Shown here one piece after another: positions 17,880 to 30,380 of a DNA stretch of 64,000 nt. Source of the stretch: an uncultured virus (IMG/VR IMGVR_UViG_2687453420_000004) (Duplodnaviria > Heunggongvirae > Uroviricota > Caudoviricetes); IMG/VR virus record IMGVR_UViG_2687453420_000004. One strand, written 5' to 3'. Each line of letters begins with the position of its first letter. The first letter of the stretch is position 1. The position numbers and the translations under genes are program-made. The notes under the pieces were generated by a model. The model was not told the origin of the DNA. It saw only the letters and a list, made by a program, of their open reading frames with translations, and ran no database searches.

Positions 17880-19754
17880 CTATTTTTTCATGTATATTTT
17901 ATCTGTTAGTTTTCTTACCATATCATCACATCCAACGTATATATAACCATAGTTATCTACTACTATTGACTTTAAATATCTATCACAATCACAATTATAT
18001 TTCCATATCTCATGTCCATCCGAACTTATTTTTCTTATAATTTCATCAGGAGAATCAGTTGCTACATAAACATAATCATAGTCATCTACAGCTATTGAAT
18101 CCCCACTTTTATTAAGACCAAGATCAGCATGCCAAATTTGTTCTCCATTATCTGGATTTATTTTAGCAATACCGTAATAAATAAATCCAATATAAATATA
18201 ACCATTGTTATCTATTGCTATTGAAGCTATACTTCTACCGAAATCACGTATCCATTCTTCACCGCCATTTGAACAAAGTTTTACTAATCTATTACCACCA
18301 CCACTATAAATATAACCATTTCTATCTATTGCTATTGCCTTTACATCGCTTTTATGTTTATCATACGTCCAAATAACATTACCTGTAGAATCTATTTTTA
18401 TTACTTTTCTGTTTTCAGTTCCAGCGTAAATAATATTATCATCATCTATTACTATAGATAGTATACCGTATTTACTAGAATAATAATTATCCCATACTTT
18501 ATTACCAGATGATGATATTTTAATTATATGATTATTATATTGTCCAATATAAACATAACCATTTTTTACTGCTAATGATTGCACAATATCACTACACTCA
18601 TATTCCCACAATATAGATCCATCATTTAGTTTTCTTAATTTTTTATCACCACTTATAGTATATATATATCCATAAATATCTAATGCTATTTGTCTTATAT
18701 CATTTTTATTAGTCGTAATTGAAGTAAATCGCTGTATTTCAACAGCTAAATTAGCCGGAGTGTATGCTGGAATTTGTTTAATTTTATTTGATAAAGTGTC
18801 AAATGAATCAGTATTATTTGCTACTATACCTTTGCCAGTAATAGCAGTAACTATTTTGTTTTTTCCATTACTGGCAGATGTAAAAAGTTCCTCTAAAGCA
18901 CCTTTAACATTTTTAGATTTTATATTAGAACTATTTAATGTAACTTTATCTGCACTTAAATCTATATTTTCTATATCTGTCGCAATATCAGCCAATTGTG
19001 AAGTTGTATCCTCTTTAAATTTATTAAGTTCTTCGCTAGATGCTTTAGTTTTTATGCTTTCAGTATTAGTGTTTATAAGATTAAGCAAATTGCCAGCAAT
19101 ATCTCCGCTTAATGTTTCCTTTAGTCCATCAAACCAAAGCATAAAATCTATTTCTAAATGTTTCTTTATGTTTTGTAATTCCTGTTCTGTTTTCCCTGTT
19201 ATATTCTTATACCATTCCAAATACTGATTAAATATAGTAGTTGTATCTACTTGGTCTATAGTACCATGCACTATTCCACACAATTCTTTGCTTAATCGCA
19301 AATCTGTTATATTGCTTTGAATAATACTTATAACTCCTGCTCTTACATATATATCTGCAATTCCTAATTCATACATATCAGCATTTCTGGTCAATTGTGG
19401 TGCTTTAGGTTCACTAGCAAACTCACCTTTTTTTATCTTTACTCTTATTTCTCTTTCAACAACATCATATCGCAATACTATTTTATCTATCCTATGCAAT
19501 ACACCATCTGCAACATCTACAGGTAAAATTAAATCATCTGTATTTTCATATAAATAACCATTAATCCAAGCCTTGCCTGGCTTAACTATTACCTGTATTT
19601 TATCTGTTCCTATTACCTGTAATTTCGTAGATGGGTTAGGAAACACGCCATTTCCAATAAAACTAGCAAAATACTCTGCATAATTTTCTGCCTTATATAC
19701 CCTATCCCATGTATCACCTACTTTCATAGCATTAAAAAAACCTGATTTCTCCAT
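17880..19754 (-). CDS. Baseplate/receptor-binding protein with C-terminal beta-propeller
   Basis: KSGFFN...GKAWINGY...RIDKIVLR N-terminus; repeated IAID.NGYIY...G..W blades. Confidence 0.8.
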   Translation of the reverse strand: MEKSGFFNAMKVGDTWDRVYKAENYAEYFASFIGNGVFPNPSTKLQVIGTDKIQVIVKPGKAWINGYLYENTDDLILPVDVADGVLHRIDKIVLRYDVVEREIRVKIKKGEFASEPKAPQLTRNADMYELGIADIYVRAGVISIIQSNITDLRLSKELCGIVHGTIDQVDTTTIFNQYLEWYKNITGKTEQELQNIKKHLEIDFMLWFDGLKETLSGDIAGNLLNLINTNTESIKTKASSEELNKFKEDTTSQLADIATDIENIDLSADKVTLNSSNIKSKNVKGALEELFTSASNGKNKIVTAITGKGIVANNTDSFDTLSNKIKQIPAYTPANLAVEIQRFTSITTNKNDIRQIALDIYGYIYTISGDKKLRKLNDGSILWEYECSDIVQSLAVKNGYVYIGQYNNHIIKISSSGNKVWDNYYSSKYGILSIVIDDDNIIYAGTENRKVIKIDSTGNVIWTYDKHKSDVKAIAIDRNGYIYSGGGNRLVKLCSNGGEEWIRDFGRSIASIAIDNNGYIYIGFIYYGIAKINPDNGEQIWHADLGLNKSGDSIAVDDYDYVYVATDSPDEIIRKISSDGHEIWKYNCDCDRYLKSIVVDNYGYIYVGCDDMVRKLTDKIYMKK

Positions 19755-20848
19755 TATCTCACTTCCTTTTTAGATATTCTTTTTATGCTGTCTATAATAG
19801 TAGGAATATTATTCCCAAAAATGCATTCTAAGTTAAATCCTCCTACCTCATAAATTTCTTTAACTTCTGTTACCCTTGTATTTAAAGTAATGCCCCATTT
19901 TCTATCTATTACAGTTACTATATCTCCTAAATCCCAATCTTGCATATAATTAAAGGAACCGAAAGAAATTACACTAGATTCAAATGTTTCTGTTATATTA
20001 AAATCATCAAGCTTATGTTCTCCCATAGTTTTCAGTTCAGTAATATCATCAGCCTGACTACAATCTATAAAAGTTTCTTTCCTTACCCAACCTTTAGCAT
20101 TACCTGCTTGTTGTATTAATCTTTTTTCATCTTCACCTTTTCCTCCAACATAAGCTACATTTTTATAATTAAGTAAGCTCTTCACAAAATGCTTATTCTT
20201 TATATTATCAAAGTCAACGGAAAATATAACTGGTGGCAGTTGCTCTTGATCTGCAGTAAGGTTTCTTCCTTCTATTACATCAAATACAAATTTATTATTG
20301 TCAGTATCTAATGTAATATCCCAACCTAAATTACTATATTCAGCTATTTCAGTAATCTTATCTGCTAAGTTTTCATAACGAGTACGCCAAGCATCTTGTT
20401 TTCCTCTTTGTTTATCTTTAGCAATAACTAAATTAGGAATAATTCTATCTTTATCTACTGGATTGACAGCATTATTATCTACAAATTTTTTTATTATAGT
20501 TTCTTGTGTGCCTGTTGCATTGTCGTATCCTTGTCCTATAGGTGGTACTGTTGTTCTGTCTTTAATTTTCCCCTTTAAAGTAGCTCCTTTAATAACTAAC
20601 TGTTCTTTACCATCTTCACTCGTAGATTTATCCATAAACTCTATAATTCCTACTTTATTAAAATAAGCTCCTAAAAGGATTAGGTTATCCTCCTGGAGCT
20701 TATCTACATTATTTTTTTCTAAATTTATGTGAAGCTCAAATTCTCCTACTCGGCTAAATCTTCTTATAAATATAAGAGATTCATAGTCATCTATTTCACC
20801 TAATAAGTTAAAATCTTTATCTATAATTCTAATTGGTACCTTATTCAT
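19754..20848 (-). CDS. Siphovirus minor tail protein (Gp37/Tal-like)
   Basis: YKNVAYVGGKGEDEKR, WDLGDIVTV; follows Dit. Confidence 0.8.
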   Translation of the reverse strand: MNKVPIRIIDKDFNLLGEIDDYESLIFIRRFSRVGEFELHINLEKNNVDKLQEDNLILLGAYFNKVGIIEFMDKSTSEDGKEQLVIKGATLKGKIKDRTTVPPIGQGYDNATGTQETIIKKFVDNNAVNPVDKDRIIPNLVIAKDKQRGKQDAWRTRYENLADKITEIAEYSNLGWDITLDTDNNKFVFDVIEGRNLTADQEQLPPVIFSVDFDNIKNKHFVKSLLNYKNVAYVGGKGEDEKRLIQQAGNAKGWVRKETFIDCSQADDITELKTMGEHKLDDFNITETFESSVISFGSFNYMQDWDLGDIVTVIDRKWGITLNTRVTEVKEIYEVGGFNLECIFGNNIPTIIDSIKRISKKEVR

Positions 20849-20851
20849 AAA

Positions 20852-21721
20852 CTACACTCCTATATAAAGTGGCTTATAGTATAAAGCCATTTCTAAGTTA
20901 TCCAATCCTTTTTCTGCATCATACCTTAATAAATTATCTCCAACTTTTAGCTGTAAAAATTCACTTGCTAAATCTATATAATTAAATACATTTATTTTAG
21001 TTCCATTGCTTTTTATCATTTCTACTCTTTTATTACCAAAAGATGTATTTATAACTAACTTATCTCCAGCTTGCAGTGTCCTTTTAACTTTAATATATTT
21101 TCTGGTATATACATCAAATAAAGAAGGACTAACCACAGTGGCTAATGCTCTAAATTCAATCCTCATTCCACATTCTACATCCCCTTTATTCTTAGCATTG
21201 ACTATTAAATTACTTATTCTATGTCCCATAATGATTCCTGTTTCTTCTGGGATTATTAAAGGGAAATGAAAATCTCCTACCCAAAGAGCTATTTCTTCTT
21301 TTTCTTCTATTAAATCCATCCATAAAGGATTAGGACAATAAAATTGTATTAGAAACTCTTGCATATCATCTATTTGTTCTCTAAATGTTGGAGAACTATC
21401 TACAATACAATTTATAACATGCTCACTAGCATTATTGATATAGGTAAGAGTACCATTTATCTTAGGATTAAATATACTACAAAGCTTTTGCCTCTTTCTA
21501 TACATATCTTCTACAGTATCTCCTACTATAGCTCCCTCTATTGGTAAAATTCTCTCATCTAAAAAAGTTCCATGGTGTGTCTTACCATCCTGTCCAGGAG
21601 ATTTACTTGTCAATATTGTTGTTTTAGGACTTCCTATCTCAATTTTAGTTAAAATAAAAGGAGCAGAGTTACCTAATTCTATACTCTGTCCCCTTTCATT
21701 TTTAAATATAATTTTTTGCAA
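20852..21721 (-). CDS. Distal tail protein (Dit)
   Basis: PGQDG, FYCPNPLW, LKVGDNLLRY; follows tape measure. Confidence 0.85.
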   Translation of the reverse strand: MQKIIFKNERGQSIELGNSAPFILTKIEIGSPKTTILTSKSPGQDGKTHHGTFLDERILPIEGAIVGDTVEDMYRKRQKLCSIFNPKINGTLTYINNASEHVINCIVDSSPTFREQIDDMQEFLIQFYCPNPLWMDLIEEKEEIALWVGDFHFPLIIPEETGIIMGHRISNLIVNAKNKGDVECGMRIEFRALATVVSPSLFDVYTRKYIKVKRTLQAGDKLVINTSFGNKRVEMIKSNGTKINVFNYIDLASEFLQLKVGDNLLRYDAEKGLDNLEMALYYKPLYIGV

Positions 21722-21734
21722 CTTCTACTCCTCC

Positions 21735-24700
21735 TTAAGATGTACTAAAGTTTAAATTCCTTATCATTACTTCATTCTTTCTCATCATTTCACTTGGAGA
21801 TAATGCTCTAGGGCTATTAAAAGTAAAACTATTGTGGTTTACTACACTCCTACTATTATCAATACTAGTTGAACTTGCATTACTAGAGCATTGCTGAATT
21901 GAATTTATGGCAGAAGATCGAGCAGCCATTGAATTTAAAGCTGAATTTCTAGCAACTTCAAAACTTTCCTGTATACTAGCTATCATGTCCTTAAGTTCCT
22001 CTATTTTAGGCTTAAAGCCCTCTACAAGTTTTTCTCCAAGACTTTGTCCTGCTTGTTGATAAGCTTCCTCATAAGAATGTAACAATTCAATAATTTCCTT
22101 TTGATTATTATCCATTATAATTCTTTCGGCTTCAGCCTGGAGTGCTGCATCATTAGTTTTTTTAGCACAAAAACTTCTATAATCCTCAAGTTGTTTTTCT
22201 AAACTTTGTCTATTGCTTTCATATATAGAATTAATATTTTTTAATTCATTTTCTTTTTCTTTCTGTAACTGCTCTTTTTGTTCTTCTAATTGTTCTTTAT
22301 GAATCCTTTTTTCTCTTTCTTTAAGAAGATTATTGAGTTCCTTCTGGATTTCAATTTTGTTAAATTCATTATGTTCATATTCTAATGCTGTCTCAAGTTG
22401 GTTTATTTTTTTTAGTTCTTCTGCATTCTTATCAACTTTATCTTCTTCTGTAAGTTGTTTATCTATAGCTTCAATCTTAGCATCATAAAAGCTTTCTATT
22501 CTTTTTATAGATTCATCTTTCCATCTATCTAAATTTTTAAGCTCATTATTTATGTGATCTTCTTGTGCCTTTAGTTCATCTTCATATCGTTGCTTTAATG
22601 CTGACTTAATTCTATCAACCATATTATTGATACTATCAGATACTTTTTTATCTGCTTCTTTTTGAGCATCTATAATCTTTTGTTTTGCATCATCAACTGC
22701 ATTCCCCATGTTGATTAATTCAGTCTTAGCCTCTTCAAGAGCTTTCTTAGCCTTTACAGTTTCCTCTGCTGTATATCCAAAAGTCTTCGCTAATTCTTTA
22801 TATCTATTTTCAAGTTCTTTTATTTTTTCGCCTTGAAGGATGACTATTGCTTGATGGTTTAATAAATTTTTATTTAAATCTTTAGTATCAATTTGTAACC
22901 TTTTTATAGCTTCATTATATTCATTTATTGTATTGTTAAATATATTTTCCTGTACTTTAAGAGATTTTTTCACTTCTTTTTCTCTTTTATCTAATAAATT
23001 TAATCCATCTTTATAATACTCTTCTAGTGCTTTCTTAGACCTTTCTAAGCTATCTACCTGTGCCTTTTGATTCGCTTTAGTAGTATTTAATACCTGTTTT
23101 TGATATTGTCTTAGAGCAGCTATTTGATTAGCATAATTAGCCTTAGCATTTTTATCTTTAGTACTTCTTTGTAGCTTTTGATAGTAAGCTATTTGAGAAT
23201 CTATCCTTGATTTTTCTGTTTGTAGCTCTATACTATTTTCATTTTTAAGAATTCTTAGCCTATCTTCTATGCTCTTAGATCTATTATCATAATCCTCCTT
23301 CAAATATTCCTTACTTTTTTCAATTTCTTCTTTATTTAATCGATCTATGAACTCCAAATACCTCTGATATTCCTTTTTACTATTAGCTCCCCAATTTAGC
23401 TGTCTTGCTAATCTATCTTTCATTACACTTTCTGACACACCAGTTCTAGGGCTAACAGATACACTTTCTTTAGCTTGTGATAGGGTTTCTCTTGCAATAT
23501 CTTCAGGTTTATTATTATTATTCTCTAATAATGATGTTAATATCTTTTTAGATTCTCGATTATTAAATACTTTTTCTCCACCGTTAAATAATCTATACTG
23601 CCTAGATGCTACTATTTCAAAACCGTCCTCAGCGACCTCATGTAGTCCTGCTTCTGCAAAATCTGTACCCGCAGCATACCCTTTCTGGTTTTTCACTTGT
23701 TTTTTAGACAATCTTTCTTTCATAGAGTTTGATTGTGTATTGTTGAATATTTTAGTCCCTTTAGGTAAATCTACTAGTTTAGGTCCTTTACCTGGTAATT
23801 GTATTAACTCTGATCCATCCTCATCAACCCAAGTTAAACCACCTTCAAAATAGCTTGTTCCTGTCCATTTCTCTCCTATACTAGCTATTTTGCTAGCTGA
23901 GGTACCTACAACTATTGGATTACTTCCTATAGTACTTTTAATAGCGTTATAAGTTTCATATATCCAATCAAAGATACCATAATTTTTTTCACATCGTGCT
24001 TTTAAAGCATTAATCCAAACATTATCTTTAGAATTATAATATTTACCTTCAATTTTTTGGAATGGAACACCATTCTTTAAATCTTTGTCTATATCTTCTC
24101 TTGCCTTAATAGGATTCCCATATATCTTACCAGTACTTAAATCCCAAGAACCTACTATTTTTCCAGTTGTTTTATCTACTTCTACATAACAATTATGCAT
24201 TTGACCAGTTACTCTGTCTTTGATTCGATAATATCCTGTTTTGGTTATGCCATCCATTTTATCCATCTTATTTACATATTCAACTAATTCTTCTTGGTTA
24301 TGTTGTTTTTGTTTATTTAACATTTTACCATTATGCACATCTATATTTTGCAATAATAATGGTTGCTGCTCTAATGCTGTATTTAAAAAGCCTTTATATT
24401 TTTCATTTTCGACACCTATTTCTTTCTCTTTTGCACCTTCTAATTGTTTTATTTTATCCTCAATTAACTTTTGTGTTTCCTTATCAGCATCTTTAGAATA
24501 CAATTTTAAATATTCTATTTGCTTATCATAATTTTCTTTTATTTTCTTTATTTCACCATCTCTAGCTTTTGCCTTTGATTCCATCAACTTAGATATTCCT
24601 TCCATATCTAAGTTTTTCATGCGAGCATTAAAATCCGCTTGAGCTGCTAAAAGTTCCTCCTTAGATTTAACAGTGTTTTTCATTTCTATATTTCCAATTT

Positions 24701-27700
24701 GTTGAGTTAATTTTTCAACTTCTTTTAATGTATTTTGCCTTACAGCTCCAGTTTCTTTACTAGCTTTTTTTTGCAACTCTAATATTTTCGCATGTAACTC
24801 TTGCACTTTTTTTATTTGGTCATTTCCACTTTTATTAAGAGAGTCCAATATTTTTTTCTCATTTGCATCTAATCCATCAGCCTTAAAGCTATCCTCTAAA
24901 ACTTTTTGTATTTCAGGTTGCTTAGATTTTATTTTATTAATAGCACTGTTACATATATCATCCAGTTTAGCATTAAGGTTTCTTCCAGTTTCCTCATCCG
25001 CTAATTTATCTAGTTTAGCAGCTCCATTAAGTTCCATATTGTAATTGGCTATTTTGTTAGCTATATTATCTAAAGCTTTTTGGGATTCTGGGCTTACTTT
25101 TTTGCTCCACTCTCTATGTTTTACATTCATTCTTTCTAATTCTTTATTAGTATAAACCGTATGTCCATTAAGTCTAGCCATTGCTGTTTCCATAACTCCC
25201 ATATCTTCAGCACTTTTTATACAGCTATCATTTAAATATTGTGTATTTTTATGTGCTAAATATATAGCTCCTCCAACTGCTACAATTCCTGCCGCTACTG
25301 GTAATGCTATACTACCAACTGCTCCAAGTCCACCTGCAAATAAGCCAAGTCCTCCTGAACCTCCAGCAACTTTTGCAGCTGTTCCTACACCCTCAACTGC
25401 AGTAGCTACAGTCGAAGCTTCCTTAAATATTCCAAAAAATACTCCTACCTTTTTGCCTGTTTTAATCAAAGTATTTATGCCTTTAAAAGCACCACCTAAA
25501 CCACTTATAAATGGTCCTAATGTCGCACTTGCCAGTGCTGTTTTTATTATAAACTCTTGTGTAACAGGGCTTAATTTATTCATTCGGTCCGCAAATTGTG
25601 ATATTAAATTTATCCCTTTTTCTACAATTGGAAGTGCCTTTATACCTAATTCCATAAGAGAATTTTTAGCCTTATTCATAGCCTTTCCAAATTTAGCTTC
25701 TGTAGTTTCAGCCATCTTTTTATATGCATCATCAAGTGCATGGGTATTAGTTTGCATTTCTTGCATAGATGCATTATATTTTGCCACACCATTATCACTG
25801 GTTAGCATTAATATACTATTTAATCCTTCTACTGAACCAAACATAGTAGCCATAGCACCTATTGGAGAATCTGCTGCTTGTGCCATTCTCTCCAAATCTT
25901 TGCTTGCATTTTTTTGTGCTTTGCTTAATTCCTTATATTCTTTAGTACCTTTCTTTCCTGCATTTTCTAGTTCTAACATTTTACGAGCATTATCGCTCAT
26001 GCTTTGACTCAATTTATCAAATTCAGGACTCGCATTAGATAATCCCGATTTTACATCTTGTAGAAATCCCATCCAGCCTTTACTCTGTAGAGCTGAAACA
26101 GAAAAGTCTATACCTAATTGTTCTGCTGCTTCCCCTGCTTCTTTTGAAGGTTTTATTATATTAGACATAGCTGCTTTAAGTGCTGTAACTGATTCTGCAG
26201 TAGCAAGACCTTGTGCAGTTGTACTTGCTAAACTAGAAAATAGTTCATTAGTTGTAACTCCAAGTGAAGCAGCTATAGGAGTAACTTTACCTACAGCACT
26301 TGCAAGCTCTCCGAAAGTAGTCTTTCCTAAATTTTGACAAATTAGCATTTGATTTGAAATATCTGTAGCTTTATCTGCTTCTAATCCATATGAATTTAAA
26401 ACAGTAGTTAATCCATCAACCGCAGTAGATGTTTCTGTGAAACCCATTATTTTTTATTTCATAGGCTCTTTAACCTATTACTCCTTATAATTTCTTATAA
26501 GATAAGACTATATCTTTACCCTCGTCTTTCCGTTAGGGTAGTGGGTGCTCGTGTTGGTATTATTGTTTGTCATAACTCAACCATTAGTCGTTACACCTTC
26601 CTACTACTTTTATTGACTTTAATAGGCTCGGCTCGGTATTGACATATTTTAAGTATAATAAAAGAGAGTGCTATGGTAAAACACTCTCTAATATAGTTTC
26701 TATATTATCAAACTCCCAATATGGTATCCTTAAGAGTTTTATATTATTATTTTTACAATAATTATTTTTAAATATATTCATCGCTTAATAAATCACAACC
26801 GGCATTTATTTTTATATAATTTTTAATATACTCATAATCATGCTTTCTTTTTTTAATCTGATTTAATCTACCACATTTTGAGCATTGTCTTTTGTTTCGA
26901 TCTTTAAATTTAGCAAAAGAAGTTTCAAATTCATCTCCACATATACATTTAAACTTCATTTTAGTTGAATTATTAATGTATTCAGTAGATAATAATTCAC
27001 ATTCCGAATTGTTTTTTACAAAATTCCGTACTTCTTCAATATTTAATTTTTTAGGCATAATAAATAACCTTCCTAACCCATCCAATATTTACATTGTACC
27101 ATATTTCTCTTATTTTCTACACTTAAAACTTAGTTTCCACCGAATTCTCCCACTAGTTTATACTACAAGTTTCCTTATAGCCGGGCAGTTTTGTTTACCC
27201 TTTGCAGCTTTAACTGCAACATCTAAGAAATCAACCGCCTTAGCTGTATCTACTGAACCTGAAATAGCTTGATATAAAGATTCATTTAATTCTTTAGTAC
27301 TCATTCCCGTTTTATTAGAAAGGTCAATTACTCCTTTTTTAAGAGTTTCTATTGGAACTTTTGTAGTATCTGCAATTGTACTTACCTTAGCAGCACCGCT
27401 TTCAAAATCAAATGCAAATTTAGTAGCTGCAGTACCAGCACCTATAATAGGAAGGGTAACATGAGTTGTAAGTTTATTACCTATACCTTGGAGTGTATCT
27501 CCTACTTTATCAAATGTTTCATATTTTTTATCTATCTTTTCAAATTCATTCCCTAATATTTTCAGCTTACCAGCAAAAGTAGTAGCTTCTTTTTCTGTCT
27601 TTTTTAATTCAGAGCCAAGTTCTGCATGAGCTATTTTTAAATCTAGTATTTTGCCTTTATATTCTTCAACTTCTTTAGAATCTTTACCATACTCCTGTTC

Positions 27701-28348
27701 TACTTCTTTTAAAAGAGATTCATGTTTCTTTATTTCACTATCTAGTAAAGACATTTCTTTTTTTAGTTTATTCATCTTTTCAGAATTATCAAATATACCT
27801 TTGCCGCTTTTTTCTTGAGTTAAATCAAGCAGTTTATAAGATTTTTCTAAGTTACTTATTTGAGTGCTTGTTTTTTGATAACCTTCATCAAGATTTTTCA
27901 ATTTATCAGCTACAGTAACTGTAGTTTTACTAGCTTTCTCTAGTTCTTGTGACAATTCTGAGTGCTTTAATTTTAAATCTAATACATGAGATTTATAATT
28001 TTCATATTCTTTTGAGTTCTCGCCACATTTTTTGCCTATGTCTTCTAAAGTCTTTTCAGACTTTTTAATTTCATCATCCAGTAACTTCATACTAGATTTA
28101 TAAGCTTCAATTTTTTTACTATTGTCTTCTAAGCTTTTACCACTGGCTTTATTAGCATTTTCCCAAAGCTTATAACTTTTCTCTATATTAGATACTGCAG
28201 TATAAACTGACTTATCCATTATAGAGCTAGATTCTTGAGCTTTAGTTTGTAACTTATAAAAGCCCTGTATCGCTTTTGATACAGAGCTTTCAAATTTATC
28301 TAATCTTAAATCTATACTTGAATATACACTTCCTAAATCAATGCCTAT
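21735..28348 (-). CDS. Tape measure protein; exon 1 28348-27197, exon 2 26444-21735
   Basis: Splicing restores KAAKG|GFTETSTAVDGLTTVLN; ATA start behind GGAGGTG, in frame with 28219. Confidence 0.9.
26445..27196 (-). ncRNA. Group I self-splicing intron, 752 nt
   Basis: Exon ends GGGU, IGS GCCC, P AAUUCGGUGGAAAC, Q AAUACCGAGCCGAG, R GUAACGACUAA, S AAGAUAUAGUCU, terminal G. Confidence 0.9.
26672..27058 (-). pseudogene. Internally deleted intron homing endonuclease
   Basis: N-terminal Zn-ribbon (KCICGDEF...CSKC) stops at 26768; orphan C-terminus YCKNNNIKLLRIPYWEFDNIETIL follows. Confidence 0.7.
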
Positions 28349-28424
28349 ATTTCCTCACCTCCTATTTTGAGGTATAAAAAAAGAACCGCATAAGCGATTC
28401 TTTAGAAATTATTAATTTTATTTT

Positions 28425-29045
28425 TTAATTTAATGACCCTGATGCTTTTAAGTATGGCAATGCTGACTTGGCCTCTTCATTGTTTGGATTTAATTTTATA
28501 GCTTCCTCTAAAAGACTAATAGCTTTGTTTAAATCTTTTGTTTTATTTCCTGTACCATACATATACATGCGTGCTAACTGAGTTAAATCATTGCTAGTTA
28601 ATTGTTTAATTAGTTTCTTATTTAAGTATATTTTCCACTTACCATTATCATTTACAACATACATTTTATGTTTTTGCTCCACTTCTTTATTTTCATAAAG
28701 ATCTTTAACTTTTTCAGTTGCATTAAATTCTACAATATTTTTAAATTCTATATTTTCTAAACTACCTTTAAATTCATTAACTTTTTCAATTTTTGTCTCT
28801 TTTAACTCACATACTTCTTTTTCTGTATTTCTCCACTTTGTGAAGTCTTCCTCTGTGAAATCTTTTTTACTTTGTTCGCATAGTGTTTCATAAGCTTCCT
28901 CTGATTTTCCGTCTTTTATACTTTGATAATAAGTATTTAATACTTCCTGTGGATCTTCTTTCGGAGCACAGCCTACCAATGCTATTAATGTAAAAGATAA
29001 AATAAGTACAAATAACAATGAAATTTTATTAAATATTTTCTTCAT
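28425..29045 (-). CDS. Lipoprotein moron, NTF2-like + TPR/Sel1 end
   Basis: Lipobox LVGC; own AT-rich upstream region and terminator. Confidence 0.75.
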   Translation of the reverse strand: MKKIFNKISLLFVLILSFTLIALVGCAPKEDPQEVLNTYYQSIKDGKSEEAYETLCEQSKKDFTEEDFTKWRNTEKEVCELKETKIEKVNEFKGSLENIEFKNIVEFNATEKVKDLYENKEVEQKHKMYVVNDNGKWKIYLNKKLIKQLTSNDLTQLARMYMYGTGNKTKDLNKAISLLEEAIKLNPNNEEAKSALPYLKASGSLN

Positions 29046-29108
29046 GCAATCCCCTCCAATATGTAAATATATATCAATTATATAATATATATTACAATAT
29101 TGGAATAC

Positions 29109-29694
29109 TTACCCTAAAAGCATCTTTAATCCTGGATTATCTTTTCTATCTTTGTTTTTAATTTCAAATCGTGGTTTTTCTCCATTCTCTATTCTATATA
29201 TAAACTCTGTCATGGCTTCATCAAGGCAATAAGCTATATATTCATCATTTATTTTTAGTATCTCGCTCGGTGTCTTGTGATACATCTTCACCATTGTCAT
29301 TAGACTTATTATCTTCTGGCTTTTTACGAAATGGTTCCAAGGTTCTTACCCCGTGTACTACAAAATTATATATTATAATTTTTTGTTCATCTGTCATGCC
29401 TATAACTTCTTGAACTTCTTTAAATGTTGGTTCAACCATTGTTGTTTCACAAAATAATTCAGCAAGCTCATTAACAGTTTTTAAACTATCTTCATCTTTT
29501 CCTCCTGGTCCTTTACCTTGAAATAAATCTATTACAGGTCCCATAAGTGGATTAGGTATCTTACCTTTAGCTGCTAAATCTAATAAATTAACTCTTTGTA
29601 ATTTAACTGTAAATGTATCTTCTATATCCCATCCAGATAATTCTACTTCTATATATTTTTTAGCCTTTAATTCCTCTATATTTGTTACTGCCAT
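29109..29694 (-). CDS. Tail assembly chaperone pair (G 29694-29245; GT extension to 29109)
   Basis: Overlapping ORFs between major tail and TMP; CCA TTT CGT at 29334-29326. Confidence 0.75.
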
Positions 29695-29750
29695 ACTAAT
29701 TCCTCCTAAAATTTAAATTTAAAAAGAGAGCATATTATAGCCCTCTATTT

Positions 29751-30377
29751 TTAAGGTTGTTGATTATCTGTAATATTGGATTCTTTTTTACTCTCTTCTG
29801 CATCTTGTGGTAATGAAGACACAAATTCTATAGATTTTATAGGCAATTTAGCCTTAGTATTTTCCCTACACTTAATTTCAAACTCTGGAGCATAGAAATC
29901 TTTTTTAAGAGACATTTTAAATGCTTTTCCTGTACATTTGTTTAATGTTATTTTAGCATAATTTTTTACATCTTCTCCTTCGTAATTTTCTGCATATATT
30001 TCTGCCATAAAAGGTTTTATTTTAGAACCTTCTGAAAGCATTGGTGTGTCATATCCTATAATTTTTGCAGAATCATCTTTATCATATCTAATTATTCCAC
30101 CTTCTATAAGAGCTGCTACGGCCAATTCAAGAGTTGTATTCTTAAGTTTTAATTTATAACCATACAGCAAATCTGGTGTACCCGCAGTAGCTAATATTCT
30201 TTCATCGTCTCTTAATTGTTTCTCTTGCCCTTGGCTTATCTCTGGGTCTATTTCTATTTCACTGTCACATTTTATATTTATTTTTTCCATATCAGTTGCT
30301 GGTAAGCCTGTTAGTTTATCCAGCGGTGTTAGAATAACCTTTTTAACATTATATAAAATTTCTCCTGTTGTACTCAT
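29751..30377 (-). CDS. Major tail protein
   Basis: Size and synteny. Confidence 0.7.
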   Translation of the reverse strand: MSTTGEILYNVKKVILTPLDKLTGLPATDMEKINIKCDSEIEIDPEISQGQEKQLRDDERILATAGTPDLLYGYKLKLKNTTLELAVAALIEGGIIRYDKDDSAKIIGYDTPMLSEGSKIKPFMAEIYAENYEGEDVKNYAKITLNKCTGKAFKMSLKKDFYAPEFEIKCRENTKAKLPIKSIEFVSSLPQDAEESKKESNITDNQQP

Positions 30378-30380
30378 ATT

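Noticed and set aside
17880..18700. Diversity-generating retroelement target in the tail fibre
   Set aside because: No reverse transcriptase and no template repeat seen; the repeats are propeller blades.
27158..28219. Separate 353-aa gene
   Set aside because: It is exon 1 of the tape measure reading into the intron.
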